From contig JAFPZD010000023.1 of the NCBI GenBank assembly GCA_017417465.1, positions 7,729-71,728 on the forward strand: a DNA stretch of 64,000 nucleotides. Reading direction: 5' to 3'. The translations under genes and the position numbers were made by a program. The stretch is from Prevotella sp. (GTDB lineage: Bacteria > Bacteroidota > Bacteroidia > Bacteroidales > Bacteroidaceae). This document shows positions 49,870-60,578 of the stretch, one piece after another; the stretch's first letter is position 1, and each line of letters starts with the position of its first letter. The notes below the pieces were generated by a model. The model did no database searches, had not been told where the DNA came from, and was given only the letters and a program-made list of their open reading frames with translations.

Positions 49870-50895
49870 CTACGGCAGCAGCTGCGGCCAGCCATCGGCT
49901 GTCCACGAGAGGGGCCGCCTGATGAGCATGGCTGCGCCATTCTGCGTGGTGCTGTAACCGTGGCAAACGAAGATGTCCTCGCCGTCGAACGTGTAGACAG
50001 CACAGTGGCCGGCAGCTTCCCACTCCTTCTTGTCGCCTTCCAGCACGAGCGTGCCGCCACCCATGGCCATGTCCTTACCCTCACGGTCGAGATAAGGTCC
50101 CTCGACGCTCTTACTGCGCCCTACGGCCACACGGTAGTTGCTCTTGGCACCACGACAGCAATAATCCCACGACACAAACAGATAGTAGTAGCCGCCATGC
50201 TTAAAGATGAACGGCGCCTCGATGGCGTTCGTGCCAGCATATTTCGACGTGGGGTTTGGCTCTGTGGGCTTGTAGTTAGGGTCATAGCGACGGGCGATGG
50301 TTTTTAGGGGCAGCGTGCGGTCAAGATGCATGGTGCTGTCGAGGCGTGCCAGCTGAATGCCGTCCCAAAACGATCCCCAGACGAGCCACGGCGTGTCATC
50401 GTCGTCGATGACGAAGTTCGGATCGATAGCGTTCCAGTTATCACGCTTCGGCTGCGAAGCGACGATGCACCCCTCGTCCTTCCACAGATTTGCCCCCAGC
50501 CGTCGACTGCTGAGCAAGCCGATGGCCGAGCCATTCTTGCCAAACGTCGAGCAGCTGTAAGCCAGCCACCACCGACCGTGCCATTGGATGACGTCGGGTG
50601 CCCACACATGCTGACCAAAGCCAGGCACCGAGTCGGTCGTCCAGCCAGGGATGACAGTCATCACGGGTTGTGGCAGCACCGTCCACGTTTTGCAATCCTT
50701 CGAGGTCATCTGTTGGATGCCCATACCCGTAGCAAAGACGTAATACGTGTCGCCCTCCTTGGCCATCACGGGGTCGTGAGCCATCGGCGTCTCGGTAGTG
50801 AATGCCTCGCGCTGGAAGCCTCGGCGCGGCCCTTGTGCGGCTGCTGTCTGGCAAATGGTGGCAGCAAGCGCCATCGTGAAAAGAATCTTGTTCAT
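49870..50895 (-). CDS. GH43 arabinan endo-1,5-alpha-L-arabinosidase
   Basis: AHDP, WAPDV, NAIDP, GSFWDGI, IEAPFI, DYCCRG. Confidence 0.9.
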   Translation of the reverse strand: MNKILFTMALAATICQTAAAQGPRRGFQREAFTTETPMAHDPVMAKEGDTYYVFATGMGIQQMTSKDCKTWTVLPQPVMTVIPGWTTDSVPGFGQHVWAPDVIQWHGRWWLAYSCSTFGKNGSAIGLLSSRRLGANLWKDEGCIVASQPKRDNWNAIDPNFVIDDDDTPWLVWGSFWDGIQLARLDSTMHLDRTLPLKTIARRYDPNYKPTEPNPTSKYAGTNAIEAPFIFKHGGYYYLFVSWDYCCRGAKSNYRVAVGRSKSVEGPYLDREGKDMAMGGGTLVLEGDKKEWEAAGHCAVYTFDGEDIFVCHGYSTTQNGAAMLIRRPLSWTADGWPQLLP

Positions 50896-51212
50896 GGTCG
50901 GAAAAGCGTGATAATTGTGTCTAATTTGCGTACAAATTTACTAAAAATAATGCTTACGGCGCATCGCCTCAGGCATTTTTTAGGATATTTTTAAGATTAG
51001 AGACGAAAATGAGAGATAAAAAAGACGCCCGCCCCCACCGCACGCGACGTTTCCTGACCCGCTGAGCGACACTTCCCGATGCCCTATATGGCGCTTCTCA
51101 ACGCGCGAAGAGACGTCCATGTAAAAGCAAACGGAAACGCTCATGAAAATCTTGAAACACACAAACGGAATGCTCATGAAAAACCATGAAAGCAACGAAC
51201 GCAGAGGTCCCG

Positions 51213-51749
51213 TCATCGTCCGCCCGTGGCCTGCTTCATGCCCTCGAAGAACTTCTGCTGCAGCTGCCGTGCAAGCACATTCTCAGGGTTCAGCTTTAGC
51301 GCCTTCTCGTAGTTCTGCATCACATCGAGATAGTAGCGCTGCCCGTTCTTGGCTGGGTTTTGTACTATACGCACCATGTAGAGGAATCCACGCAGTGTAC
51401 AGACGTCCGAGCGGTCAGCGCCCTTCATCCGCTCCATCTGGCTGATGGTTTGCTCAGCCTCCGCCAGCAGGTTCTCGGTTTGCTCGGCGTGAGGGTTCGT
51501 CACTGAGTAGTTCAGGCTTTGCAGGGCCAGCTGAAACTTAGGTGCGATGCTGTCGGGGAACATGGCGTCGATGCGCTTCAGTTCAGCGATACAGGTGAGC
51601 AGCCCTTTCGCCTCACCTTGCTCAATCTTGCTGAGTGACTGACCGATGAGCGCCTGCATTGAGACGGGCTCCTGGGCGCTGGCGCTTACTGTTGCCGCCA
51701 TCATGAGAAGAACGGCAAACACACGAAGTTTAGAAACATGAGATGTCAT
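51213..51749 (-). CDS. Secreted TPR-like hypothetical protein downstream of the TonB receptor
   Basis: Signal peptide; KALKLNPEN; overlaps the receptor stop codon. Confidence 0.7.
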   Translation of the reverse strand: MTSHVSKLRVFAVLLMMAATVSASAQEPVSMQALIGQSLSKIEQGEAKGLLTCIAELKRIDAMFPDSIAPKFQLALQSLNYSVTNPHAEQTENLLAEAEQTISQMERMKGADRSDVCTLRGFLYMVRIVQNPAKNGQRYYLDVMQNYEKALKLNPENVLARQLQQKFFEGMKQATGGR

Positions 51750-53790
51750 ACGCTTTATTACTTTTAAGTGAAACAAAAATGCCTATATAGAAGAAGCGGT
51801 CGCGGCTGGCGGTGACAGGGGTGCCGTCAGCACTGTAACGGAAGATGTTCGTACGACCGAGGATATTGCTAAGAGACGTATATGCGATGATTTTCGGGCT
51901 TACGAGCCAAGTGATGTTCGCGTCGAGGCTGTTATAGTGAGGGGTGTCGCCAACGGGATAGTGACGTGCGCTGGCATACGACTCAGCCACCCCGACGATG
52001 GTTTTGCCCAAGGCGTACTTCAGTGTCAGGCGGAGGTTGTGACGGGAGGCAAAATCGGGAGTGCGCAGGGCAGCGTAGTCGAGGTAGCGCCTTCGGGAGT
52101 CGTTGAACGAGTAGGACATCGTGGCGGTGAGATTCCTCACTAGCGAGTGGCACTCGAAGAAGACGTCCATCCCACGGCTCGAGCCGTAGCCGTCGGCCGT
52201 ATAGCGTTCGTTGACAAGCAGTGGCAAATGGTGATAGCGCTTACAGTAGGGCTCGACGCGCAGCAGCATTTCGGGGGTGCCGTACTGCATGCTCACGACA
52301 ACATGGTCGGCCGTGCCCTGAGCCAATCGCTTCGCACTCATGGCAAGGTAGTCGTCGGCTGCCGCCTGGCTGTAGCGCCCTGCCATGGCCGACAGTTGGA
52401 AACGCTTGTTGGGCACATAGCTCAGCGTGGCACGCGGCATCAGCAGCCAGCCATCGTGGTTCGCATGCTCCACACGCGCCGCGAGGTTGACAAACAGTCG
52501 TGGCACGACACGCAGCTGAGCGTCGGCATGTGCAGCCGGCAGATGATAGTCGAGACGGTAGTGGCTCGTGTCGTAGTGCTTCGCGCTGTGGCGCAGGTAG
52601 TCCTCAACACCTACCGACATTTTCAGCACTGGTGAGTAGACTTTACGCACCTCGGCCTTCAGATGCACTTCGTTGCGGGCGTTGCGATAATGATCGCCAA
52701 GGGCCAGTGCATCGTCGATACGGCTGACAACCGATGAGTTGGCGATGCCCGCAAAGACGCTGTACCCCCGCCCGATGTTGGTTCGGATGGTGGCGTTGGC
52801 GTATATGTTGTGCTCGCTGAGCGACAACCGCCGACCGTCGATGTGTTGGCCGACCCAAGTCAGGTCGTAACCCACGTAGGTCTTCAGCACGACCGATGAC
52901 GAGAGGTCGGCCTTGTACTGGGCCTCGCCTGAGAGTTTGCGGTAGGGACGCGTCCAGTCATGGCGGTCAGGCGACAGCTTGTTGTAAAACCCCATGCTGG
53001 TGTAGTCGGCATTGAACGAGAGGCTGCTGGCCGCGAAACTCTTTGTGCCTCCGATGTTCCAGTTGACGAGCGAGGCGCTCACACCCAGCTTGTCGCCCGC
53101 CGACACGTCGGTCGTTTCCATCGGCAGCACTGACGACAGCGCCTGGCCATATTCGCCGCCATAGCCGCCCAGCGAGAAGTTGATGCCCTTGAACAGGAAC
53201 GGCGAGAAGCGTCCGCGCACGGCATTGTTCTCGACATTCGTGGTGTAGGGCACGAGCACGTGCATCCCGTTGACGAACGTCTGGCACTCGTCGCTCTCGC
53301 CGCCACGCACGTAGAGCTTGCCGTCCTCGCCCACCTTCTGCGTGCCAGGCAACGCCTGCAGGGCAGCCACGATGTCGCCGCACGAGTTGCCCGCCATCAC
53401 CACGTCGAGTGCGTCCATCGTCTTGAAGTGGTCGCTCTTGCCAAAGCTGTAGGTGCTGGCTGTCACCACCACCTCGTCGATGCTCGTCGGTCGCTCGTGC
53501 ATCGTGATGAGCAGGTCGGTAACCTGACCACCGTGGGGTGTGACACGCAAGGTGTGGTCGTCGAACCCCATAAACGTGGTGCGCAGCGTCAGCTCGCCGG
53601 TCATGCCGGTCGTGAACGCGAAGCATCCAAGCGAATCCGTAAGGCAGCCGTCCACCGTACCTATTATAAACACATTGGCGCCCGCCAGCGGTTTCCGCCC
53701 GTCGGTGACAGTGCCCTTGATGGTTGTCTGGCTCATCGTCCGGCAGGTGACGAGCAGCGCGATGATGATGATTGTGAGCCTTTGTTTCAT
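51730..53790 (-). CDS. TonB-dependent receptor
   Basis: CarboxypepD-like N-terminus (LAGANV), DEVVVTA, LPG...LYVRGG plug, beta-barrel pattern. Confidence 0.88.
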   Translation of the reverse strand: MKQRLTIIIIALLVTCRTMSQTTIKGTVTDGRKPLAGANVFIIGTVDGCLTDSLGCFAFTTGMTGELTLRTTFMGFDDHTLRVTPHGGQVTDLLITMHERPTSIDEVVVTASTYSFGKSDHFKTMDALDVVMAGNSCGDIVAALQALPGTQKVGEDGKLYVRGGESDECQTFVNGMHVLVPYTTNVENNAVRGRFSPFLFKGINFSLGGYGGEYGQALSSVLPMETTDVSAGDKLGVSASLVNWNIGGTKSFAASSLSFNADYTSMGFYNKLSPDRHDWTRPYRKLSGEAQYKADLSSSVVLKTYVGYDLTWVGQHIDGRRLSLSEHNIYANATIRTNIGRGYSVFAGIANSSVVSRIDDALALGDHYRNARNEVHLKAEVRKVYSPVLKMSVGVEDYLRHSAKHYDTSHYRLDYHLPAAHADAQLRVVPRLFVNLAARVEHANHDGWLLMPRATLSYVPNKRFQLSAMAGRYSQAAADDYLAMSAKRLAQGTADHVVVSMQYGTPEMLLRVEPYCKRYHHLPLLVNERYTADGYGSSRGMDVFFECHSLVRNLTATMSYSFNDSRRRYLDYAALRTPDFASRHNLRLTLKYALGKTIVGVAESYASARHYPVGDTPHYNSLDANITWLVSPKIIAYTSLSNILGRTNIFRYSADGTPVTASRDRFFYIGIFVSLKSNKAYDISCF

Positions 53791-53829
53791 GCCGCAAAGG
53801 TACGACATGAAACCGACACCGCCAAATTT

Positions 53830-53859
53830 CGCTGACAGACGGCTAAAAGCGCTGACGGA
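53830..53859. promoter_or_regulatory. Direct repeat CGCTGACRGA with 20-bp period; candidate LytTR operator
   Basis: Just upstream of the receptor promoter and adjacent to a LytTR gene. Confidence 0.5.
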
Positions 53860-53902
53860 AAACTATGCCGGCGGACGAGTGACTACGAAAAATGACGAGT
53901 GA

Positions 53903-54724
53903 CTAAGCGATAAACGAGCGCAGTTTGGGCACGTAGGTGCGCGATACGGGCACCGTCGTCGGGCATCCTCCGAGTCTCAGCTGGTAGCCGTTGGAGTTGC
54001 CCTGCGCCGAGGTAATATTGTTCAGGTTCACCACAAACGAGCGGTGGCACTGGAAGATGTTCTCATAGGCCTGCAGGTCGTCGAGCACGGCCGTGAGCGT
54101 GGTGTGCAGCTCGACGGTGCGCAGTTTCCCCTCCTGCATGTAGTTCACCGCCACGTTGTTCTTCTGTGCCTCGACGAATAGCAGGTCGTTGATGGGCAGT
54201 TGCAGGTCGTTGCCCCTGACCGATGTGTCGCGAATGGTCACCACGACGTCTCTCTGCTCGTCGGTCGTCTTGTTGAGCAGCGTCTCCAACTGGCTGCGCA
54301 GGTGACGTTGATAGTTCATACTCACCGAGAAGGCGGTAATGATGACGCCGACAATCAGCGTCCAGTAGACGAACTGCAGAAACATGCCGAGCGTGATGGC
54401 GTAATGGAACACCCACGAGAATACGAAGAAGTTGCAGACGCCTATCCACAGCACCATCGCCAGCACCGACAGCACCGCATGCCAGATGCGCCAGGGCACG
54501 ACCCGCGCATGCAGAGGCTTCGCCACAAACCCGTATACACAGCAGCACCCGAAGGTCACCACGCCAAACAGCATCGACACCAGCAGCTTATTGCCTTGGT
54601 ACATGCTGAAACCAAAGGGCTGCAGCAGGTAGAGAATCGCGAAGACGATGCCGGCATACACCAAGCTGTCCCTCAGCTGGTGGTCGCCCTCGGGAAACGG
54701 ATATTTTCGGGTGAGGAATGACAT
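53903..54724 (-). CDS. Membrane-anchored LytTR family regulator
   Basis: Four TM helices then FQCHRSFVVNL, VPVSRTY. Confidence 0.9.
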   Translation of the reverse strand: MSFLTRKYPFPEGDHQLRDSLVYAGIVFAILYLLQPFGFSMYQGNKLLVSMLFGVVTFGCCCVYGFVAKPLHARVVPWRIWHAVLSVLAMVLWIGVCNFFVFSWVFHYAITLGMFLQFVYWTLIVGVIITAFSVSMNYQRHLRSQLETLLNKTTDEQRDVVVTIRDTSVRGNDLQLPINDLLFVEAQKNNVAVNYMQEGKLRTVELHTTLTAVLDDLQAYENIFQCHRSFVVNLNNITSAQGNSNGYQLRLGGCPTTVPVSRTYVPKLRSFIA

Positions 54725-54913
54725 TGCGCTTCTTTTTGCTTGCAAAGGTACAAATTATTACGAACACGCCAAGCAATGACGGCGTTAAAGTAACGAAAAA
54801 GGGACAAATCGGCGCCAAGAACCCCAAAAATATCGCAAGAATGGCATTTTTTTGCCGTTTTACGTGGTGTTTTCAGAAATATGTATTATCTTTGCAAAGC
54901 TAAGACAAATCAA

Positions 54914-57900
54914 ATGATGACAATGGATAGAATTTTACGCCGAAACGGCATGACACACAACATGTTGCTGTTACTGATGCTCGCCCTGGCAATGGGCACA
55001 CAGGCAGCAGAGCGCATGAAGCTCAACTTCAACGCCGACTGGCGATTGCATGTCGGCGATGTGGCGGAGGCCATCGAGACGACGTTCGACGACAGCCGCT
55101 GGCAACAGGTGACACTGCCCTACGCCTTCAACGGCGACGAGGCGTTCCGCAAGGACATCGTCGACCTGACGGACACCGTCTGCTGGTATCGCAAGACGTT
55201 TGTGCTTTCTGCCGAAGACGTGAAGGGCAAGGTGTTCATCGAGTTCGAGGGTGCCCGACAGGGTGCCGACGTGTGGCTGAACGGTCAGAAGGTGGGCTTC
55301 TCGGACAATGGTGTGATGGCCTTCGGCTTCGACCTTACACCTTACGTTAAGACGGGTGAGAACCTGCTGGCTGTGCGCTGCGACAACTCATGGACCTATC
55401 GCGACCGCACGCTGAACAGCCGCTACCAGTGGAACGATCGCAACTTCAACGCCAACTACGGCGGCCTGCCTAAGAACGTGTGGCTGCACAAGACGGGCAA
55501 ACTCTACCAGACGTTGCCCCTCTACTCCAACCTCGGCACGACGGGCGTCTACGTCTATGCCACCAACATCGACGTTGAGAACCGCCGCGCGCTGATTAAC
55601 GTGAAGTCGCAGGTCATCAATGAGACGGCTGACACCCACACGTTCCGCCTGAATGTCGTCATCCGCGATGCCGACGGCCAGCAGGTTGCCCAGTTTAAGG
55701 GCGAACCCATCACGCTCATTCCACGACAGGGCGGCGTCGCTGAGGCGAGTCACAGGGTTCACGACCTGCACTTCTGGTCGTGGGGCTACGGCTACCTGTA
55801 CACCGTGGAGACCTCGCTTGTTCATGACTTCCCTATGATGAGCGATGTGGTCGTCACCCGCACCGGCTTCCGTAAGACGGAGTTCAGGGACGGCAAGATA
55901 TGGCTTAACGACCGCGTCATGATGGTGCACGGCTATGCCCAGCGCACCTCGAACGAGTGGCCGGGCGTGGGCATCTCGGTGCCTGCCTGGCTGAGCGACT
56001 ACTCGAACGACCTGATGGTTGAGTCGGGTGCCAACATGGTGCGCTGGATGCACGTCACGCCGTGGAAGCAGGACATCGAGTCGTGCGACCGTGTGGGCTT
56101 ACCACAGGCGATGCCCGCCGGCGATGCCGAGAAGGACGTCGAGGGCGAACGCTGGCAGCAGCGCACGGCACTGATGCGCGATGCCATCATCTACAACCGC
56201 AACAACCCCTCAATCCTGTTCTACGAGAGTGGCAACGAGAGCATCAGCCGCGAGCACATGCTCGAAATGAAGGCCATCCGCGACAAGTACGACCCTTACG
56301 GCGGACGGGCCATCGGCAGCCGTGAGATGCTCGACATCGACGAGGCGGAATATGGCGGCGAGATGCTCTACATCAACAAGTCGAAGAAGCGCCCCATGTG
56401 GGCCATGGAGTACTGTCGCGACGAGGGTCTCCGTAAGTACTGGAACGAGTGGAGCTACCCCTACCACCGTGAGGGCGATGGTCCCCTCTACCGTGGAAAG
56501 CCCGCCTTGGAGTACAACCACAACATGGATCAGCTGGCCATCGAGATGGTGCGCCGCTGGTACGACTACTGGCGCGAACGTCCAGGCACCGGCACGCGCG
56601 TCTCGTCAGGCGGCGCGAAGATTGTGTTCAGCGACACGAACACCCACCATCGCGGCGAGTCGAACTACCGCACCAGCGGTGTTGTCGATGCCATGCGCAT
56701 TCCTAAGGATGCCTTCTTCGTGCACCAGGTGATGTGGAACGGATGGGTGGAGCCAGAGACGCCCTGCACGTATATCATCGGGCATTGGAATAAAGCCCGC
56801 AACGTCTCCCCCACGTCCCCCGAGGGGGCTCCTGTAGATTTGAGGGCAGAAACTATCGTGCCTCCCTCGGGGGGCGAAAGGGGGGCTCTTCCTGTTTTTG
56901 TCGTCTCCACCGCCGACTCCGTTGAGCTGTTCCTCAACGGACGCTCGCTGGGCAAGGGGCATCAGAGCTACCGCTACCTCTTTACTTTCGACGACGTGCC
57001 CTTCGAACCGGGTGTGCTCGAGGCGGTGGCTTCCGATGGCAGCCGCTACAAGTTGGAGACCGCCGGCGAGCCTTATCAGCTGAAGCTCACAGCCATCGAA
57101 AACCCAGAGGGTACAAAGGCCGACGGTGCCGACATGGTGCTGTTCGAAGTGGAGGTGCTCGACAAGCAGGGGCGCCGCTGTCCGCTCGACGACCGCACCA
57201 TTCATTTCGGTTTGTCAGGCGAGGCAACCTGGGTCGGGGGTATTGCAACCCGCAACAATCAGGCACTGCAGCTGCCCGACGACAACCGCAAGGAAGGGTT
57301 GCTCGATGCTGCCGCTACGAAGAACGTTTCCGACAACTATGTCGGTGCGATGTCGCTACCCGTTGAGTGCGGCGTCAACCGCGTCCTCGTTCGTACAAGC
57401 GCCCATGCCGGCGACATCTGTCTTTCGGCTTACGCTGAAGGCGTGAAGCCCGCCTACATCGTTGTGAACAGTGCGAACGTCGATGTTGAAGCGCGTCAGC
57501 CATCACTCACGCTCGAAGGCCGCCTGAACCGTGGCGAGACACCGCTCACGCCGTCGTATGCTGAAAAGGCACGTGGGGTGAACATCGTCTCGGCCAAGGC
57601 GGGTTACGACAGCGAGCATGCCGTGTACAGCTTCGACGACAACGAGTTGTCGGAGTGGAAGAACGACGGACGGCTCTCGACCGCATGGATTACTTACCGG
57701 CTCGAGCGGAAAACCGTCATCGACGACATCTGTCTGAAACTCACGGGGTGGCGCCTTCGCAGCTACCCGCTCGACGTCTATGCCGGCAAGGAGCTCATCT
57801 GGAGTGGCGACACGGAGCGCAGCCTTGGCTATGTACACCTGACGCCCACTAAACGCGTAGCAACCGACGAGATCACCATCCGCCTGCGTGGTGCCGGCAA

Positions 57901-58039
57901 GGACAAGGATGCCTTCGGTGGCATCGTCGAGGTGGCCGAACCTGCCGCCGGCGAGCTCGACCTCTTTAAGGCAAAGAACGGGGGTGACACGAAAAGCGAG
58001 CTCCGCATCGTCGAGATAGAGCTCTTGGAGTCGCTTTAG
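54914..58039 (+). CDS. GH2 glycoside hydrolase (beta-galactosidase-like, DUF4982)
   Basis: FNADWRL, WYRKTF, FIEFEGAR, RNNPSILFYESGNE; start uncertain. Confidence 0.88.
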   Translation: MMTMDRILRRNGMTHNMLLLLMLALAMGTQAAERMKLNFNADWRLHVGDVAEAIETTFDDSRWQQVTLPYAFNGDEAFRKDIVDLTDTVCWYRKTFVLSAEDVKGKVFIEFEGARQGADVWLNGQKVGFSDNGVMAFGFDLTPYVKTGENLLAVRCDNSWTYRDRTLNSRYQWNDRNFNANYGGLPKNVWLHKTGKLYQTLPLYSNLGTTGVYVYATNIDVENRRALINVKSQVINETADTHTFRLNVVIRDADGQQVAQFKGEPITLIPRQGGVAEASHRVHDLHFWSWGYGYLYTVETSLVHDFPMMSDVVVTRTGFRKTEFRDGKIWLNDRVMMVHGYAQRTSNEWPGVGISVPAWLSDYSNDLMVESGANMVRWMHVTPWKQDIESCDRVGLPQAMPAGDAEKDVEGERWQQRTALMRDAIIYNRNNPSILFYESGNESISREHMLEMKAIRDKYDPYGGRAIGSREMLDIDEAEYGGEMLYINKSKKRPMWAMEYCRDEGLRKYWNEWSYPYHREGDGPLYRGKPALEYNHNMDQLAIEMVRRWYDYWRERPGTGTRVSSGGAKIVFSDTNTHHRGESNYRTSGVVDAMRIPKDAFFVHQVMWNGWVEPETPCTYIIGHWNKARNVSPTSPEGAPVDLRAETIVPPSGGERGALPVFVVSTADSVELFLNGRSLGKGHQSYRYLFTFDDVPFEPGVLEAVASDGSRYKLETAGEPYQLKLTAIENPEGTKADGADMVLFEVEVLDKQGRRCPLDDRTIHFGLSGEATWVGGIATRNNQALQLPDDNRKEGLLDAAATKNVSDNYVGAMSLPVECGVNRVLVRTSAHAGDICLSAYAEGVKPAYIVVNSANVDVEARQPSLTLEGRLNRGETPLTPSYAEKARGVNIVSAKAGYDSEHAVYSFDDNELSEWKNDGRLSTAWITYRLERKTVIDDICLKLTGWRLRSYPLDVYAGKELIWSGDTERSLGYVHLTPTKRVATDEITIRLRGAGKDKDAFGGIVEVAEPAAGELDLFKAKNGGDTKSELRIVEIELLESL

Positions 58040-58044
58040 TTTCG

Positions 58045-58117
58045 CTCCGAGAACTCTGCCACCTTTCTCCGAGAACTCTGCCACCCTTCTCCGAGAACTC
58101 TGCCACATTTCTCCGAG
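58045..58117. repeat. 22-bp tandem repeat CTCCGAGAACTCTGCCACMYTT, three copies plus a partial
   Basis: Related to the 12763-12902 unit. Confidence 0.9.
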
Positions 58118-58162
58118 CCGCCGTTCCCGACGGTTTTCCGTCGGGCCCACTCTACTCCCACG

Positions 58163-59485
58163 CTACTCCAATCGGAAGACCTTCTTTCCACGCTCGGCAT
58201 CAACATACAGGTGACGCTTGGAAGGCGTGGCTACGCGACGTCCCACCAAGTCGTAGAGGTGGTGCGGGCGACGGTCGTCAGCAGCCACCTGACGGATGGC
58301 TTCCGCCTCGTTCTCCTGTTGCACGGCCAAGGCATGCACCTCGGCAGCACCCCATAGCCAACAGCCAATACCGAAGTCCTCAAAGTCGGGCACAGCATCG
58401 AAAGTGATGACGCCGCCATCCTCAGGTTTCGAACCCGTGCCCTGCATGTAGCCCACGAAGCCCGTGTCATCGTGGACGGCGCGCCGCATGGCTGCCCATC
58501 CGCGTTCAACGACTGGTCGGAAGGTGTCAGCATCGAGCACGCCTGTCCTAATGCCATAGGCCATGCCACCCACAAAGAGCGACGTGCCCGTCATCTCAGG
58601 GCCTTGGCTGCCTTCAGCACCGTAGTTCGACGGTGCGGCAAGACTCACGTTCCACGATCCGTCAGCGCGCTGACACTTGGCCAGCGCTTGGCACATCAGC
58701 CGGAAGTCGTTCAGGTAGTCACCACGGTGCGCCTCATCGTCAGGTGTGAACTGCAGGATACGCGTCAGTGCCATCAGCACCCATCCGTTGCCACGGCTCC
58801 AGTAGCAATCTTTGTCGGGCTCCTTTAGGTCGCGGTAGGGCGGGTCGAACTGATAGTCGCGGTACCATAGGCCTGTCGACTCGTTGAAGAGGGGCTGTCC
58901 CCCACCCTTCTTCGTGCCGCCATGCTGATTGCGGGTGTAGGTGTACATGTCGAACATCCGCTCGAAATAGCTGTCATCGCCCGTGATGCTACCCAGCATG
59001 GCAAAGACGGGCATGGCCATCTGAATGGCATCGATCCAGTACCAGTCGTCGATTTTGTCGGTTGCCAGCATGTCGTCGATGCGCATCTTGATGTGCGCCA
59101 TGCGCTGCTGCTGCGACGGGTCCATCATGTAGAGCTGCAGATAGGCCTGCCCACAGCACTGGAAGTCGGCATGCCGACGCTGTGAGTCGGTGCAGCTGTA
59201 CCACTGATGAAAGTCGCCCCAGTCGAGGGCATAGCGCAACCACTCGTCGTGGGGTTGCTCGCGGTAGATGTTCAGCAGCCCCTCGTAGAACACGCTCCTC
59301 GTCCAGATGCGGCTGTTGCGCCGCTTGCCACCGACGTAGCTGTCGGCACCCACGTCAGGACAACTGCCCATGAAGTAGGTGGCGACTGATTCGGCCGTAC
59401 GCATCACCTCGGCAGAGCTGAGTGGCTGTGCCGTCAACGGCAGAACCGCCAATTGCATCACGATGCCTATGATCCACTGTTTCAT
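58163..59485 (-). CDS. GH105/GH88 unsaturated uronyl hydrolase with short T9SS-type tail
   Basis: WYWIDAIQMAMP, YWSRGNGW, YDLVGRRV tail. Confidence 0.85.
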   Translation of the reverse strand: MKQWIIGIVMQLAVLPLTAQPLSSAEVMRTAESVATYFMGSCPDVGADSYVGGKRRNSRIWTRSVFYEGLLNIYREQPHDEWLRYALDWGDFHQWYSCTDSQRRHADFQCCGQAYLQLYMMDPSQQQRMAHIKMRIDDMLATDKIDDWYWIDAIQMAMPVFAMLGSITGDDSYFERMFDMYTYTRNQHGGTKKGGGQPLFNESTGLWYRDYQFDPPYRDLKEPDKDCYWSRGNGWVLMALTRILQFTPDDEAHRGDYLNDFRLMCQALAKCQRADGSWNVSLAAPSNYGAEGSQGPEMTGTSLFVGGMAYGIRTGVLDADTFRPVVERGWAAMRRAVHDDTGFVGYMQGTGSKPEDGGVITFDAVPDFEDFGIGCWLWGAAEVHALAVQQENEAEAIRQVAADDRRPHHLYDLVGRRVATPSKRHLYVDAERGKKVFRLE

Positions 59486-59500
59486 GCTGCGCAGAGATTG

Positions 59501-59980
59501 TTAAAACGCGCAATCGCCACTGAAGCTAATGGGGTCGCGGTGCTGCGAGCGCACATGGATGAAGGCACGCCCCGAGGTATAAACCTCGATGACATAGTGG
59601 TAGAGATCCTCACGGGTGCGCACTGAGAGTTCGAGCACCGACACGTCCGACTTCGGATGACGCTCCACGTAGTCGCTATACGGCTCCTCGAAGTTAAGGC
59701 CCTGCGATGGCGACATCATCGGTGCCTGGTAAGCCTGCCCCAGATAGGGCAGATAGCTCTGCAGCGTGTCGCCCCGCAACTTCAGGAAGAAGTCGGGTGT
59801 CACATGGCGCGTCCCGTAGCGCTGGGTACTCATCGTGTTGACCTCGATGCACAGGTGGCGCTGAGCCACCGCTTCCTGTACGGCAGCGCGCACCTGCGCC
59901 TGCCGCTGCTGCCGCTCCTGCTGGGTGACGCATCCGAAGGCGAGCAGGCACACCATTACAATTAACAGTAGTTTCTTCAT
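59501..59980 (-). CDS. DUF4251 family lipoprotein
   Basis: AFGC lipobox, GDTLQSYLPYLGQAY, RDPISFSG. Confidence 0.8.
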   Translation of the reverse strand: MKKLLLIVMVCLLAFGCVTQQERQQRQAQVRAAVQEAVAQRHLCIEVNTMSTQRYGTRHVTPDFFLKLRGDTLQSYLPYLGQAYQAPMMSPSQGLNFEEPYSDYVERHPKSDVSVLELSVRTREDLYHYVIEVYTSGRAFIHVRSQHRDPISFSGDCAF

Positions 59981-60187
59981 CTGACTTGCTATTTGAATGC
60001 AAAGATACGCTTTTTAGTTGAAAAAGTAGCACGTTGAAAACACAAAATGCAATTTTTAACACCCTTTCATGTTGCAATTCCAACTTTTTTGCTTACCTTT
60101 GCAACAAATAATTCATAACGCATTATTTATAAACCTCAAAACTAACATTTAAAATCTCAAACCTCAAAACTCAAATCTCAAACCAAT

Positions 60188-60505
60188 ATGATACTGACAA
60201 CCACCCCACAGATTGAAGGTCACGAAATCAAGGAATACAAGGGCATCGTGACCGGCGAAACCATTATCGGTGCAAACATCTTCAAGGACTTCATGGCTGG
60301 CATCCGCGACATCGTCGGTGGGCGCTCGGGCAGCTACGAGAAAGTGCTGATCAAAGCGAAGGAGACCTCGATGAGGGAGATGCAGGAGCGTGCAGAGGCC
60401 ATGGGCGCCAACGCCGTCGTCGGCATCGACATCGACTACGAAACCATCGGCGAAGCTAACGCTATGCTGATGGTGGCCACCAGCGGCACTGCCGTGGTGA
60501 TTTAG
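60188..60505 (+). CDS. YbjQ/UPF0145 family protein
   Basis: [36 protein letters not shown]. Confidence 0.92.
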   Translation: MILTTTPQIEGHEIKEYKGIVTGETIIGANIFKDFMAGIRDIVGGRSGSYEKVLIKAKETSMREMQERAEAMGANAVVGIDIDYETIGEANAMLMVATSGTAVVI

Positions 60506-60534
60506 ACTTAGAAACTGGGAAAATGAGAATTCAA

Positions 60535-60576
60535 AAACCTCAAATCTCAAACCTCAAACCTCAAATCTCAAACCTC
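60535..60576. repeat. (CTCAAAY)n 7-mer array; the same unit occurs at about 5116-5157, 10720-10750 and 60131-60184
   Basis: Seen directly. Confidence 0.85.
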
Positions 60577-60578
60577 TT

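Noticed and set aside
49870-59485. Classical SusC/SusD polysaccharide utilisation locus
   Set aside because: The glycosidases are scattered, the receptor lacks SusC features, and there is no SusD
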